From the NCBI GenBank assembly GCA_030141605.1, contig JAQGDQ010000832.1, forward strand, positions 26,601 to 90,600: a stretch of DNA of 64,000 nt, given 5' to 3'. Of this stretch, positions 1 to 14,400 are shown one piece after another; the stretch's first letter is position 1; every line of letters begins with the position of its first letter. Position numbers and translations under genes: made by a program. The notes under the pieces are model-generated. The model was not told the origin of the DNA. It searched no databases and worked only from the letters and a program-made list of their open reading frames with translations. The stretch is from Tubiluchus corallicola (taxonomy: Eukaryota > Animalia > Priapulida).

Positions 1-525
1 GAAAAACAAAATTAGCAAAGGTGATTTGAAAGCTTGTAAAATATAAATGGCACAGATTTTATACTATTCTGTTAAAATATAGCTAGAGGGTTAAAAGTAA
101 GAAACAAAGACGATTAAATTTCACTCGCTATGACTGCAGTCTGATTTACTGGATATTTCTAGCAAGTATTAAAACCACCACTGGGAATAACTGCGTGTGG
201 CATGCAAAACAACTCGCATAAGTAATAGCAAAAAGTGTAACTTTGATGCACCATTGATAGATTCCCCGATACATAATGTATTTTGTGTAAGAACAGTGCA
301 CAAATATTGACAACCAGAAATTCATGGTACTGCCACATTTACGTACTCGGAAGAACAGTTCTGTGTTTCAAGTATGACAAACAGCAATAACGTGTATTGC
401 AGTAATAAATGAGGAAAATGTTTTAAGGAAGCATATTTAAATAATTTTCAATGTTAACTATGAAACACTGGCTTTTACCAAAGGCGGTATAACGAAGCAG
501 GAGCTGATATGCTGAAATCGTGTGG

Positions 526-590
526 TCAGCTGATTTCATGACCACGTGGTCGTATTTATCAACAATGTGACGTACTGCAGAACACGTGAC
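526..590. promoter_or_regulatory. E-box/CRE cluster just upstream of the WDFY2 ATG
   Basis: TCAGCTGA 526-533, palindrome GACCACGTGGTC 540-551, TGACGT 568-573, CACGTGAC 583-590. Function is inferred only. Confidence 0.4.
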
Positions 591-598
591 ATGTAATC

Positions 599-3500
599 AT
601 GGCTGCTGAAATACAAAGCGAATTTGATGTTGCTTCGATGCAAAAGCCAGAGCTGTTAAATAAATTAGAAGGATGTGGTGGCACGATCAACATGGTTTTG
701 ATGATACCTCGTGAAGAAGGCGTAATAACTATTGGCACAGACAGGTGATACGATATTTTAAGTGCCGTATATAGGTGTTTCTTTACTCAAGCTAGGTTTG
801 GTCGTGAACGTCTGCGGACTAGTGTTCAAAAAGACTTCACCTATGAATAGATCTAATAATAAATATTATGTAAAGTACAAAGAGTGTCAACGCCCGTTTT
901 TGATGTTTTTGAAATAGCTAGGCTTCCATATCTACCATGGAACTTATCTTTCACTTAATCACATCAGAATATAATCATGGTCACATCTCATGATCTGCCA
1001 ACTCTCAAGCATTGAGTGTGTATCACAGGCATTTTAAGTTTTTCACATACTATCATATTTCAGCTCTTGTGCATTTCACAACTTCATACGCAAGTTTGAA
1101 AAATCATCTAGTTTCCTTTACCATCGGCACCAGTCGAGACAGTAACACTTCTGTGACTACTCTCAATAATACAATCCCGTTCACGCATCTCAAGGCTTAT
1201 GTATTATACTAAAGGGTATTAAAATTGAAAATTAAGCATTTGAATATTTTTGACTATTTTCTTCAATTTTCTTTGAAATATACAAAATAACATATAATAT
1301 ATATATGATGCATAGTGAATTGTAACATAGTTTAAGATAGGGTTGCCAGATTAGAAGATTAAAAATGCGGGACACTCTTAAAATATCTCTCTGTTTTTTA
1401 CACATATAAATTTATACGTGCCTACACACCCAGACCAATATATTATTATTTAATAATCAATTATTATTATTTAATACAGGCAATATAAATAACAAAAAGA
1501 AATTCTGAGAAAGCGAAGTCATTGCAAAATATATTTTTATTACGAAATTTGAAAATGAACTAAATACAGGACATTTGGGTGTCCCTGAAAGGTCAGTACA
1601 GGACAGGGGACAAAATTATCAGATATGGGTCATATTCCACAAATATAATGGATGGCTGGCAACCATAGTTTAAGAAAGCTCAGCAGTAGCCAAAAATTAA
1701 CCTAATTTTCTTTAATTTGTGTGTGTTACTTTTTGATATTTTGATTTTGACACTCAAAAATTTCTGGGACATTAACTATTCCCTTGGGCACCGCCACATC
1801 CGAGATCATCCCCGATTTTCAACATTTCACACTCTTTTTGCATCAAATGGTTGACAGGTCTGCTTGGTGTTTAGTTGTATGTTAACCAGTTTCATTCCTT
1901 TCCACATCCATAAAATGCGGGTGAGTGCCTATGAACTGTCTCTATGCCCCAATGTCTGTATGAGAAGCTAAAAGGTAAATATATTTGAACAATGTATCAT
2001 GTAGATGATTTTTTCTGTTTTATTACATATCAGACATTGTTTAAATTATATTATGTGTATTTTTAGGACTCTTCGTGTATGGTTAAAAAGAGACAGTGGG
2101 CAGTACTGGCCAAGCATCTACCAGTCATTTGCAGGTGTATATTTATTTTTGCAATTTCAAAAATACTGCCTTGCTTTTAATATAAGTTAGATTTCATAGA
2201 TTTCAATTCAGTGAGTGGGATAGAGGTTTAAGTTTCGTAAATTTGAGCCTACCAAGAGCATTTTAGCAGTATGTAATTGTTTATGTTTCAGCTGTTCCAA
2301 CAGCTATAAATTATAGCATGGAAACACGACGTCTGTTTGTGGGTTTTGAAAATGGTGGTATATCGGTAGGTAACAATTTATGTCGATTTGTTATTAACAC
2401 TCACTTTGTCTAACAGAGGTGATATGAGCACTTGCATAGAATTGTTTTGATATCCTGAATAGAAATGAACTGATTGCTATACTAACTTTTCTTACTATCA
2501 CCTATTTGTATATAGTCACGTCTTGTTAAGTAATCTTGCGTATTAATGTATTTTTACCTTTTGATATGTGTGTGGTATGTGTGTGTGTGTGTGTGCGTGC
2601 GTGCGCGTGTGTATGTATACATATATATAGTAAGCGCCGCTTAATAGACTCACTTTGGGACCGAAGTGTTTTGACCCAATTAACCGATTGAACCTATTAA
2701 CCGATGGGTGTAGCATTACTGGTATAATAAGTATGAGACATCAGCTTAGCATGCACTTGCAAAGATTTTTAATGAATTTTAGAAACAGAGTAATGCCTAA
2801 ATTCCATTGAGCAGTTTAAAGTTTAAAAAAATATATTTTAAAATATTGATTTAGATAAGTGATAGGCTTATCTCTTGTAACGTAGTGGGACTTGAATCGC
2901 AAGTGAATCGGGCATGACTAAAACAGTTCTGAATCATCTGTTCACTGACATTGCTCCAGTAAATGCAGTGTGTTGAGGAGGCTGTATTTTTAGCCGGGTC
3001 ATTTGTGCTTAATTGATTAGCAGCAGCATCCAAATCCATTGCTTTTAACACGTTCACCCGCATTTCTCTTCTGTAGTATGCCCATCAGTGTTCGAATAAT
3101 GCGTTGATCACAGAGCTGATCATCTGAGCATACAAAGATTATGACATACATTTTCTAGAAGATGGAAGATACATTATGGCTTACAAAATATGGATTATGG
3201 CTTGTTCCTTAACGCCTTGCTGCTTTGCATTGATCAGTGCTTGCTGCGTTTGCACTAAAATTAAATAGAAAGTAACAAATATAAGTATTTATTAAATGTA
3301 ATTGCATTATTTTCAGGAATATATTCTGGGTGACGACTATAATAAAATGACACCACAAAGAGATTATTCAGGTATGAAAAGTCCTACAACATTATTACCT
3401 TAAACTTTTTAAATACATTGTAATGTTTTTTATTTACTTTTGTTATTGAATATGATATTTCAGCTTGTTCAACATTTGCCTATTTTCAGCACACCAAAAT

Positions 3501-6500
3501 TATGTCACATCTATACACTTTGCATTGTCTTGTGAGTGGTTACTGAGTGGCGGTCGTGATAAGAGATTTACGTGGCATTGTTCTGAAACAAGTCGGCGCA
3601 TGGGAGAATATCACCTGAATGCCTGGTGTACTGCATTAGAGTATCCTTTGCTATAACAAATTTGTGAGACGCTTGGTGCATTTATTTACAACTAACAATA
3701 TATTTCTAAGGGTATTGGGTAGTAGTGCTAGAGTAGTGCCACCACTTTGAACCTGAATAGCACAAAACTGTAATTTCACTATTTTTTGAAGTAGTCACTA
3801 AGAGCTACATTCTATGCTTATGGTGACAGTTACCATTCTCTTTTACGCAGTAGATAAAACGATGTCACCATATATAGTGAGTTTCCTATAATTAAATTTT
3901 ACATGGTATCAGTATCAGTACTTATAAAAGTAAAATGATTTTTCTCCTGATGCACATTGTTAAACTTTAGACTAATAATTTTATTGGTAAGCTTACTTTC
4001 ACTCATAGTCAATGCTGTCAGTTTTGCTTACAATTACATAATTTTTACCAGTAGTTGTTCAACCGGTTATCAAGAAAGCACTTCGCTGCATAAGCAATAT
4101 GCCTAGGTGGACTCACCGCATTATTAACAGAGCCTTACTGTTACTGACTTAACGAGTTACTGCATTAAAATAACACTAAACATTGACTCTTACCATTAAA
4201 AGAAATTAAGCCATACATTTATGCCAATCTTTAAATGCATATTATGTTTGGAATAGTGTCTGGCAAATGCAATTTCCCAAACAAGGTTATGAAGCTCTAC
4301 TTGCAAAAATTTAACTCACACTGTTTCTGGTTTAAAGTACTTTAAAGCAAAAGGGAAAAACTGTTGGCACTTTTAGGCAGCCATTCAAAGTAAAACTGAT
4401 TTTTGACTGCTGCCATTATCACAACTTTGTTTCATAGTTGTTTGTTGACTAATGAATACTTGTTTTTGAGAACCCGTAAATGAAAAGTTAATGACTTAGA
4501 ATGGTAATCACAAAAGGAAATGAAAAGACAGATAAACCTACCGAAATTGCAGCTGTGCATCAGTGAGACAGTGTTTTCAAGCATGTGGAATTTACTAGAA
4601 AATCTAGTAAAGCTAATTTTGGGCAGTGTAGCTACTGTACTTACAATTACAGACTGCTAGTCATGTAATAACAAAAACTACATCAGTTTAGCATGTCACC
4701 AAATTAATGAAAATACTGTGGAGAGAAAGTGTGCTGTTTGGCATATAAACAATTACAAGGCAGGCAAGGAAAAGCAATAGAGATGGTTCATACTGATTTC
4801 TGGATACAAAACAGCGTCACAAACAACAGCAGGCAATGTATCAAACTTTGTTAAAGCTTTTAAACTTTTTTCCTATCCAGGCTCATTACCAATTAATGTT
4901 ATCGACACATCTGCAACTTTAAACTGTGATAAAACAAATGATGATGAACAAGTAAATGACACTGTTTATGAATCTGCGGCAGATATTTTAATTGAGCATA
5001 CTGCTTATGTAATATGTAGGAGAAACTTCATCAACTAACGAGACCGACACAAAACCGGTATTCTGCCTGCCTCTTCACCAGCGTTGTGCAGCTTACACAT
5101 TGAACTTAGTAGCAACAATTGATGTGAAAATGGCAAAGAACGGTAGAATGGCAGGTATTGAAAGACAATTCCTAATGTCATAAAATACAATGAAGTAAAG
5201 CTGGCAGCAGCCTTTCTATCGTTCAAGCTATTCTGATTGTTAGAAAATGAAACAAGAAGCTCTAGAGGAAAAAATTATTTCAGAAGTGGTAGAAAAGCAA
5301 AAGCTACTTCCTGAAAAAAACTAGATCTAATGGGCAGACTTCATCTGAAGTGGTTTCTAATTGTGATTGTAAAGGCAAGAATGAGTTTCATTAAGATTTT
5401 TACAACATTTTCTGGTGATGTCTCCAATGATGACAGTGCTCAAAACATCATAGATTCATATTTGGAAGTGCCTTCTTCAAGACGAGAGTTACTTCTCGAA
5501 AAGGAATGCAACCTGTTAAAACTCTGTTCATAAAATAGTACGCCTGTTCCTTACAGCACAACTTGCAACAGGGTTTTTTCTGTTGCTAAACAGATATTCA
5601 CCTATCAGTGATAACAACACTAATGAACAAGCTAATTGCACTTGACTCTTCACTTGATGATTTTATTATTGCGATCAATAAGCAGTAGCGTCTACTTAGT
5701 TTCAGACCTAAAGCTTATAGTGTCCTATAGTGTACCAAGCATAAATGACTAGATAAAAATAATAAATAAAAGAGCTGCACCATGCCCTTAAATCGAAGTT
5801 TTATAAAAATCACTTTAATTGCACGAAAAGTTTTTCCATGTGATAATAATTTACTAGCGTCATTTGAAAATTTTATTATCCCTGTTAAAAGGCACTTTTA
5901 ACGTGCCACCTACATTTCGCAGTGTGCTGGCACTGCTTTCATAAATTAAGTGTTTTAAAAGCAGTGTTTTAAAAAAAAGTCATTGTAGTTCACTGCTTTT
6001 CAGAAGAGCAATTGATACTACATTTTAAATGTCATTAACCCCACACTGTTTATAAGCATTACATCGCTTATGTTACATCCACTAATGTTTAAACAATAAC
6101 ATTTACACAACCTATTTATCTACTTATTGCTAATCGAGATTTTATGTGCATTGCACTAAACCTTAACATATGGTTAGGTTCGATTTGCAGACGAAGCATG
6201 TTTTCATTGGTGACCTTTCTGGACAAATTACGGTGCTCAAGGTCGAACACCAGACTACAACCTACATTACTACCCTCAAAGGCCATTCTGGTACAGTTGT
6301 AGTATACACAAGTTTTTTTTTCACAAGTAGAGATCTGTTTTAGTTCAAAGAAATATTATTATGTCAGTATTAGTATGAAAAAAGTAAATGTAGCATAAAC
6401 TTTATTTGAAAAAAAGTGCTAACAACTAGATCATGGTTTCAGAGATAAACAAATATAAGATACTTCATAGTGAAAAGTAAACTAAAACTATATATATGTC

Positions 6501-9500
6501 GTTGCGAAAAGTTATTGAGTTTGAAAGAGTGAAAACCAAAAAAGTGATTAAAAGGGCCATACAGTGACTTCTGCTATTGCTATGGTCTATACATTATTTT
6601 CGGTGGTATGTACATATATATATATATCACATTTGTTTGCAGCGATCTGTAAATGAAATGAAAGGTCTCAATCCAGTGTGGTCTCATTGTTTTTTTTTTC
6701 GAATCTGGCTCGTCGCGACAAACGGGGCGAAAAACCTCCAAAAGTGGCCATTTTTCGGCCGTTTTTTGCAAAACTTATACCTCTTATTTCTAGAGAATGG
6801 GAAGGTGCCAGAGGCGGTGTCAGTAATAATTAGATAGTCCGTTCAGCAGTGGGTGTAGTAGGGGTATTTAGGGTATATAGGGGGTATTTAGAATTCACAA
6901 GCTTTGCATTATAAATGAGGACTATGTAGGATGTTCGCATATTTTTGATTATAAGTGTATTTATACGCAGAATTTTTTGCAGGGCTTTTGCTTCGTATAT
7001 ATTAAATTCAACAAAATTTAATCACCAAACATATTGTCACACACTATTTTGTTAAAAAAAATTCAAGTAATTGGTGACTTTTATAATACCTGTTTGTAAT
7101 GAATTGTTATTATCATACTTTAGGTAGTATAAGGTGTTTAGCATGGGATGCCGACAGAAAATTATTGTTTTCCGGCAGCTTTGACCAATCCATAATTGTT
7201 TGGGATATTGGTGGTCAAAAAGGTACTGCGTACGAGTTACAAGGACATCAGTAAGTGCCTTCAAATTGTTTTATAATCATTAACAGGTATTTATCTAGGT
7301 ATAATAGGCTTATGGATTGTGGTAACACTTGTTTAACACCTGTAATCTGCCAAGATTAATTCCTAAGCAGTATATGAGAACAGGAGTGATGCTAAGGTAA
7401 CTGTGCATTTTTAATGCGAAAGATTCCTTCTCCAGAGATGAAAAAGATAAGATAACAGTCCATATTTGCGATTGTTGCCAATCAAAATCAGAGCTAGGCA
7501 AAGAAAAGGGTTACCTAAAGTGGTTTCAGAAAAATTGCCTTAAAAAATTATGCTACTTCACAACAATTTTATGCAGATATTGTACTCCAAGTTGAAAGGA
7601 ATTTTTGCTTGTTTTTATTTTAGATCTCCCACAATACTATTCCGAAGGCGCCTTTACATAACGTCACCTACGCAAACGTAAATCAGAGGAAGAAATGGCA
7701 ATATTGAATTATGTCCCAAAAACTTTCTGTGCAAATCTATATTATTTAGCATTTTGCTTATCTGCTGGAAATACTTATGTAACTAGAAATAATAATTTAA
7801 AATGTTTGTGCCAATTGGTAAAATGTCACTCACTCACTTCCAGGGTGCGCCACTCACTAACCAAAAATGTATTTTTAAACTTATTGACATACTGTAACAG
7901 TATTAAGTACAGTAATTTATCATTTTACTTAGTTAGTGACATGTGTGCTACGAATGCTCTGATTATTTTTTAAACTTCACGCAGTGTTACCTAAACTTAA
8001 TTGAAATGGCCTACCATTAAAATGGCTGCACCTAACTGTCATCACGGGAGTTTAAATTTACATGTTTTATACAGCATTATGGCCAATGCAAGTCCTGCAT
8101 GAAACAAGGCAGTACGTAAGTGGTATCAAATTTCAAGATCAATTTTTAAGCTTTATGTAAATGGAGGGTTTTCTTGTGCTTTAACGTTGACTGAGGATGT
8201 CATGTATCTAATTTTAACATTGGAAATACATGGCATCATTATTCAATATTAACAATATTATCCCACCTTTTTAACTCTGGAAAAAATGCTGGTATTAAAA
8301 AGGCACTTCTTTTGAAAGCACTCTTGTTCTCCAACATGTGGTTTCTATTGAGCTATTCCTTAGTAAGTAGGATGTGAATCAGAACTAATATTGAATTGGC
8401 AAGAAATATAATTGGCCAAAAAGTACTATTTTACATCATTTTGCTTTATTATTTGTTGTTAAATAGTGTACATGTTCTTTCAGTCAAAAAGTCACAGGCC
8501 TTTGTTATTCACCTGCCTCTCAAGTATTGTTTTCCTGTGCCGAAGACTGCATGTTAGTTGCTTGGGACATGTCAACAGACAGGTGTGAGGTATGTTAATT
8601 AATTTTTGTTTATTTCCTAACATATTGTGGATTGTGTCCAATCCAATCATTCAATACTTCTTCCCATAAGAAGAATTCACAGCCTTTACTTTTCATACAT
8701 TTTCTATTCATCTGTTGGTGAATTACATAGTAAAGAACTTTTTTTAGTATTCAACTTATTTGCATCTGTAAATGTTTGTAATAATTAGTATAATCATAGA
8801 GATACCACGGTATCTTAAAATGCCAAATTGCATCTATCACAAATAGATAACAAAAATCTTGTACTTATTATGATTTTTTCATCATGTCACATGTATTACT
8901 ATTATATTAGCACAAACGTTTTTGCCTGTTTTGAGCCTCTGTCCTATAACAAATGTATCAGATTGGCTCATAAACATATATCAGCAGTTAATTTTGTAAC
9001 AATGCTGTATATGTATGTGGTGCTATATTACAGACACCGGAGTGGTTAGACAGCGATGTATGCGAACGATGTTCTGAGCCTTTTTTCTGGAATGTCAAAG
9101 AAATGTGGGAAAAGAAAACCATTGGTGTCAGACAGGTACAGCATTTGCGAAAAGTTGAAATTTATTCATGTTTTTGTATACAGTTTGGCACTGCAAGGCT
9201 GGGTCCAGTACACAGTACTCAGTTGTAGATAGTTGTGGTAGGACAGTCTATAAGTAACCGACAGTAGTGAATTATCCACATTTATATTGCAGAAGAGCCT
9301 TCCTTCTACAAGGTGAATAGCTGTGATGTATTTGAGATGAAACTCCTAAAACATTTTTCCCTATTCATGTACTAAACAGGTCAAAGTTGCTTAACTTTAG
9401 CTGCTAAACACACAATGTTAGCTATTTCTTTGGCATTGCAGACGAATAGCTGGTACTCATTATGCTGTTGGTGGCATAAGGAAATCAGCTTTGTCCTGCT

Positions 9501-11413
9501 GCATTTCTTTGCAAGATCTGTTTAATTTTATTGCATCACACACAACCATTTTATATAACAAACTTGCACATTTCAGCTTTATGAAAGAAACTGACTATTT
9601 ATGTCAAGATAGTTATTCAGTACTTATCACTCATTGCACAATTATTAAATGCAGTAAGTGAACAACTTTATAAAAAGTTGTTGTTTGTGGAATTGCGAAA
9701 GTGGCCTCTGATGACTGTAGAGAAACATATGGAATGCGTTAATATCATCATCAGCTACTGTATATCAACTAAACTGTCAACTGCTATCTTAATCACTTTT
9801 TATTGTAAATGAGCATTTGAGTTATTAATATTTAAGATTCCTACTCTTATAATTCATCATGTTTGGCACATTTATCTGTTTCTATGTTAAAAGTTGCTGA
9901 TTATTATTATTATTGCCGACAATGTATTTTTGTCTTACACCCTTAGTTTGTTGAATTTTGCAGCATCACTGCAGAAAATGCGGTAAAGCAATATGTGATA
10001 AATGTAGTGGCAAACGGACGAAGTATCCAGTAATGGGCTATGAGTTTGATGTTCGAGTCTGTGATGATTGTTATGATACAATTACTGATGAAGAGTAAGT
10101 TTTACTTAATGCACTTTAGTAAGTAAATATGGCTTTATGGATAGAAAAACTATTTATTATGTAAATATAAATAAATAGATAAAGAATATTGATAAATCAA
10201 GTGAGGATTTGAACCTGTTACAGGATTAGTCTTGCTCGTAATGCTAAGTTGCATTATTGCTCTATTGTAAAGCAGAACCACTGTCTTTGGCAGCGGATTT
10301 AATTATACATTCAGTGGCCTTAGTGTTTGTCTTATGTGTCTTCATCTTGTATATATATGTAACAAGATGTAAACTTGGTTGATTTTTACTTGTCCAGTCC
10401 TTTGTTACAATTAGTAATTGTGAAAATTTGGAAATAATTATTCACAGAAAAATTTTGACACACGAATGCTGTTTTCTAGCCGAGTGAATCTAGCTCTTTT
10501 CTGTGATGCCAAGCACCATATAGTCTGTATGAACTTGGATGTAACTTCAGGAAGATTGGTAACAGCTGGTACAGACAGAATTATCAAGGTGAGGCAAACA
10601 AGTGGTGGTAAATTTGCATGTAAAGTTTATGGTAGCACATTTATGGTAAAATGTTTTAGTCATGCACCAAGTCTGATTCCCTAGAATGTTCTCTAATGAA
10701 ACTATCAACAAAAAGCAGTGCTTTGATCAACACAATAAAACTGTAAAATAGGAGACATTTCAACTAGCGTGATATTCCGATTATATCTGGTCGAAAGTTC
10801 TAAATGTGGAAATCAACTGGGATTTCAGTACATCTTCTACATAGTGAAACTCACTAAGCACTAATTTGATAAAACTAACAACTGGATATGGCACGTCGGT
10901 ATCGAAAACTCATCATCTAACGAGTTCTAAAATAAAATATTCTCTGAATAAATTGGAAAAACAGTGTGTACCTGCAGACTTTTTTTGTTCAACAGAGAAG
11001 TATTGATCGTAGAATAGTTACAGTTCTTTAAAGTTTGCAGGTCTAGAAAAGAGATCACAGTTAATGCTGGTAAGCACTGAGATGATGATAAGTGTTGCTA
11101 CTACTCAGCATCTCATTTTTTCTCACTCATTTCAGAAATAGTATGAGCATTATCAAAAATCATTAATCTTGGGATATTCATAAAAACATTGCCTGTAGGT
11201 ATATTGATTTCTTTTTTAAACCCGGTGAAAATTGTAAAGCAGCACTGTAGCAGGCTTCTGAGCTCGCAATATTGTCCCACTGGGTTCCTTGATAATAGTG
11301 AAACATGATTTCTTTTTATTCAATTCTAATTGTGCAGTTTGTCCATAACAAAATGTAATTTGTTTTGATGGTTTTAGGTTTGGGATGTTTCACGTTTAGG
11401 ACCAAGCAGATGA
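599..11413 (+). CDS. WDFY2: WD repeat and FYVE domain-containing protein 2-like (WDFY1/2 family), 12 coding exons, 405 aa
   Basis: Exons 599-744, 2067-2134, 2292-2365, 3317-3371, 3490-3640, 6178-6290, 7124-7250, 8484-8589, 9034-9135, 9964-10094, 10480-10588 and 11378-11413 splice in phase (1218 nt). Translation MAAEIQSEF...[18 protein letters not shown]...[14 protein letters not shown]...[18 protein letters not shown]...; FYVE domain [20 protein letters not shown]...[16 protein letters not shown]...VRVCDDC; ends [11 protein letters not shown]. Confidence 0.95.
1338..1667. mobile_element. hAT-type MITE in WDFY2 intron 1
   Basis: Termini TAGGGTTGCCAG...CTGGCAACCATA; perfect 8-bp TSD GTTTAAGA at 1330-1337 and 1668-1675. 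Confidence 0.85.
2566..2627. repeat. compound (TG)n/(TA)n microsatellite
   Basis: Directly visible tgtgtg...gtgcgtgc...tatata run. Confidence 0.9.
2628..3120 (-). mobile_element. pogo/Tigger DNA transposon remnant (one end plus decayed DDE_1 transposase fragment)
   Basis: The end TAGTAAGCGCCGCTTAATAGACTCACTTTGGGACCG matches the inverted end of the MITE at 61778-62215. The minus strand reads DQRIIRTL...YYRR (frameshifted) and [18 protein letters not shown], resembling Tigger/CENP-B motifs DQGII and W..V...I.NCF. Right boundary approximate. Confidence 0.65.
3641..6177 (+). other. U12-type (minor spliceosome) GT-AG intron, WDFY2 intron 5
   Basis: 5' splice site GTATCCTTTG matches the U12 consensus RTATCCTTT; branch site ACCTTAAC at 6160-6167, about 10 nt before the AG at 6176-6177; no polypyrimidine tract; the splice keeps the reading frame (TALE|FDLQTKH). 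Confidence 0.9.
3711..6048 (+). mobile_element. decayed hAT transposon inside the U12 intron
   Basis: Degenerate termini GGTATTGGGTAGTAG... and ...TTAACCCCACACTG; near-perfect 8-bp TSD TTTCTAAG (3703-3710) / TTTATAAG (6049-6056); hAT dimerisation-motif remnant near 5535-5600 ([20 protein letters not shown], cf. P.SSA..ER.FS). Confidence 0.75.
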
Positions 11414-14400
11414 AGAGCTGAGAGTGAAAAAAAATTCCTATTTATGCTGTACCTTAACTCCAAATGCACACTTTTGCTTACAATGAAAATGGAATGCAAG
11501 CGATAAAAAATATGTGCTTTGAGCATTCTACTCGTAAATCATTTTACTTAATTTAACATTACTACGCATACTGTACATGTTTCATGATATTTAACTTTTA
11601 CAAAATCATGTAGGTTTTCAACTTGTACATATAGTACCATACACTGATTTTAATTATTAGTGGTCGAAATTATTATTTTTTAATTTTTTTTTGCAAAATG
11701 AAAAAGCCTATGAATTGTTTTATTTATATAATTTTTGTAACTCACCAAATACAGAGTAACATATTTTGTTTCATGTGTCTATAATAGTCACAATATTTAA
11801 GTCTTTTGCTAGACGTACTGAAATGAAAATTATAGTTTAGTAATAAATCTTTATATACTTTTAAATCCATAAACTTATTAGTTTTGCTTTATATAAACAT
11901 TGGAAAAAAGTAACAAAAAGTACATAGTTTATCTTGGTGTAGATAATTGATTTTATATATTGCGAAGCAAAGTAGTTGCAGATGTTTTTGTTAATTTTCT
12001 TTGGATATCAGTCTGACATTTGTGTGCTAAACTAGATAATATATAAAAAATTTTGCGTTATGCTGGTTTTTGTATGATTCAAAATTTTTGATAATTTTTA
12101 TTGCATTGATTGACTTAAGATGTGTTAAGTGGATACATTCCATATCTTAGAAATGAAACTGTAAAGTATAAGTGCAAAATCGTAAACCTGGTAATGTTGT
12201 AGTAGTCCTTACTCTACATTGTTAGTTTATTCTGTTGTTAAATATATCTGTAAACTTCCTGAGGTGCTCATTGGTAAACAATGTTGGCAAATCATAAAGT
12301 ACTGCTGTTAGCTCAATTCTAGCAGTGGCATGAGATTCAGATGTTGAATTTTGCACAAACAACGGTTGTATAAAAGTTATGGTAAGTAATTCTTGAAATC
12401 TGGACATTCGACTTGAACAGTCTGCGGCTGTAACTGATATTCATGTTTGGGCACTGGTATGCCAGCAAGTTTTTACAATCGGGCTGTTTAATGAAGTGCA
12501 ACATTTAATTACAACTAAATAATTTATTCATCATTTCCAGGCAAGCTCTATGTGACATTGAATATTCAAGTTCACCGTGAATAGAAATAATTGTGCTTAC
12601 ACAGTGTTTTGCGCAGTTTTATTACATTCTCAAAGCTTCATTTCAGATGTTTTCTATATGTAATAAAAAGCAGTTGATCTGTAAAGAGTTTAGAGCATGC
12701 AGATGATTCATTTTTTATCATTGTTTAGTAAACATTGTAAACAATAACTATGATTGTTATTATTAAATTATAATATAAATTTGTACATAATTTTATGTAG
12801 TTGGTTCAGTACTGCTTTTTAAAATGACATGAAGGTTTTCATGTTTGAAAATGGCTAATATGTTAAATTTAAAACTGCCCAGAAAAAATTTGTTTCTATA
12901 AAACAATATCAAAGCTTTTTTCAATATGTACTGTAACAGGCTTCATCACGTACGGAACTAGTTATGAAAATATGAAAATTTGAAACTGCGTCTTTTTCAT
13001 GACACCCTATATTAGTGCTCGGAAACATACTCGACTAAATACTAGGCATTATTTATTTATTTTTACATCGTACATAATAAAGATATAAACTAGATCTTAT
13101 TATCATTTTATAGCATTTTGTGCTTTGAATTTTTGATCAAGTACTCGGGATTTCACAGTTTTTTATGTAAATAAAATTAATCAGCATTTTTAACTACGTA
13201 CCTAACAATTATGTATCTCAAGAATTTGATGTCCCAAAATCAACAAATTAATGCAATCTATTTGTATTTCCCTTCTCAATAAAACTACATGTTAGAAACT
13301 TTTTATTACTTCAGTATTTTTCATATTGCTTTAGTAATGACCAGCAGCACTGTGTAATTCATTTATGTTATCATATGGCATTGTGCAAGTTGCACTTTTT
13401 TGGAGAAATTTGTAAAGGGAAATGTTTTAAATAAGTCTTATGCTATTTGAAAATGCAATGTGAACTATATAATTATTACGATTATGTAGATGACTGCTTA
13501 TCTAACAGCATATTGCAAGCACTTCCTACCTATTTGCCTGGTTTTACACATTCATTATTTTTCAAACAATTCAATCTCGAATAACAAGACCACAGTAAAA
13601 TAAAAATAACTAGAACATATGTAGTAAACAAACATTTAATTTCAGACAATAAAGAGTTGTGCTTAAAAGAAAAAGTGTCATTACTATAGTTAAATATTAT
13701 AAAACACTGAATTACAGTTACACGTGGAACATAGTAGAGATAAATGTAGAAACAAACAAGCTTTCACATATAGATTGCACTTCTTCTAGACTTATTTGCA
13801 TAAATACCGGTATTTTAATCTTTGGGAAACCATTACCAAAAATCCTAAATTGCACTAATACAAAACAAATCACCTTGGAAGAAACAGACATAACATAATT
13901 TATTCAAGATTGCGAGTACTTAAATATGGCAAAAATTGCGTTTTGTGCTTCACCACAAAATGTAAACAATTTAAAAGACAAGATTTCCTTTTACACTGGA
14001 ACATGATAAACAGAATATAAATAATATGACAAACTGAAGGTAATAGGGAAATTATTATTGTTCTGCAGCATATTTTTGGAAAAGTTGGAAAAGGGACAGT
14101 GAAACTGCAGTTTATTACATTTAAATAAAACAAAATTGCTGAAAAGCTCTTGCTAAATGTCAGATATTTATATGCTTTATACTAGTTGTAAATGGTAAAA
14201 AAATCTGCAACAAACTGTCTCGTGCAAACCACCTCAAACAAAATTAGCCTCCACAGAGCAATTTTTGTACATACCAACGCAGGTAACCTCAAGTAAACAA
14301 TAATTATTTTTATTGGTCTGCTACAGACTTTTATGCCAAGTCTCACATGAGAACTGGATGAGTTTGCCTGAGACAGAAAACTGAGTATGTTTAATAAAAT

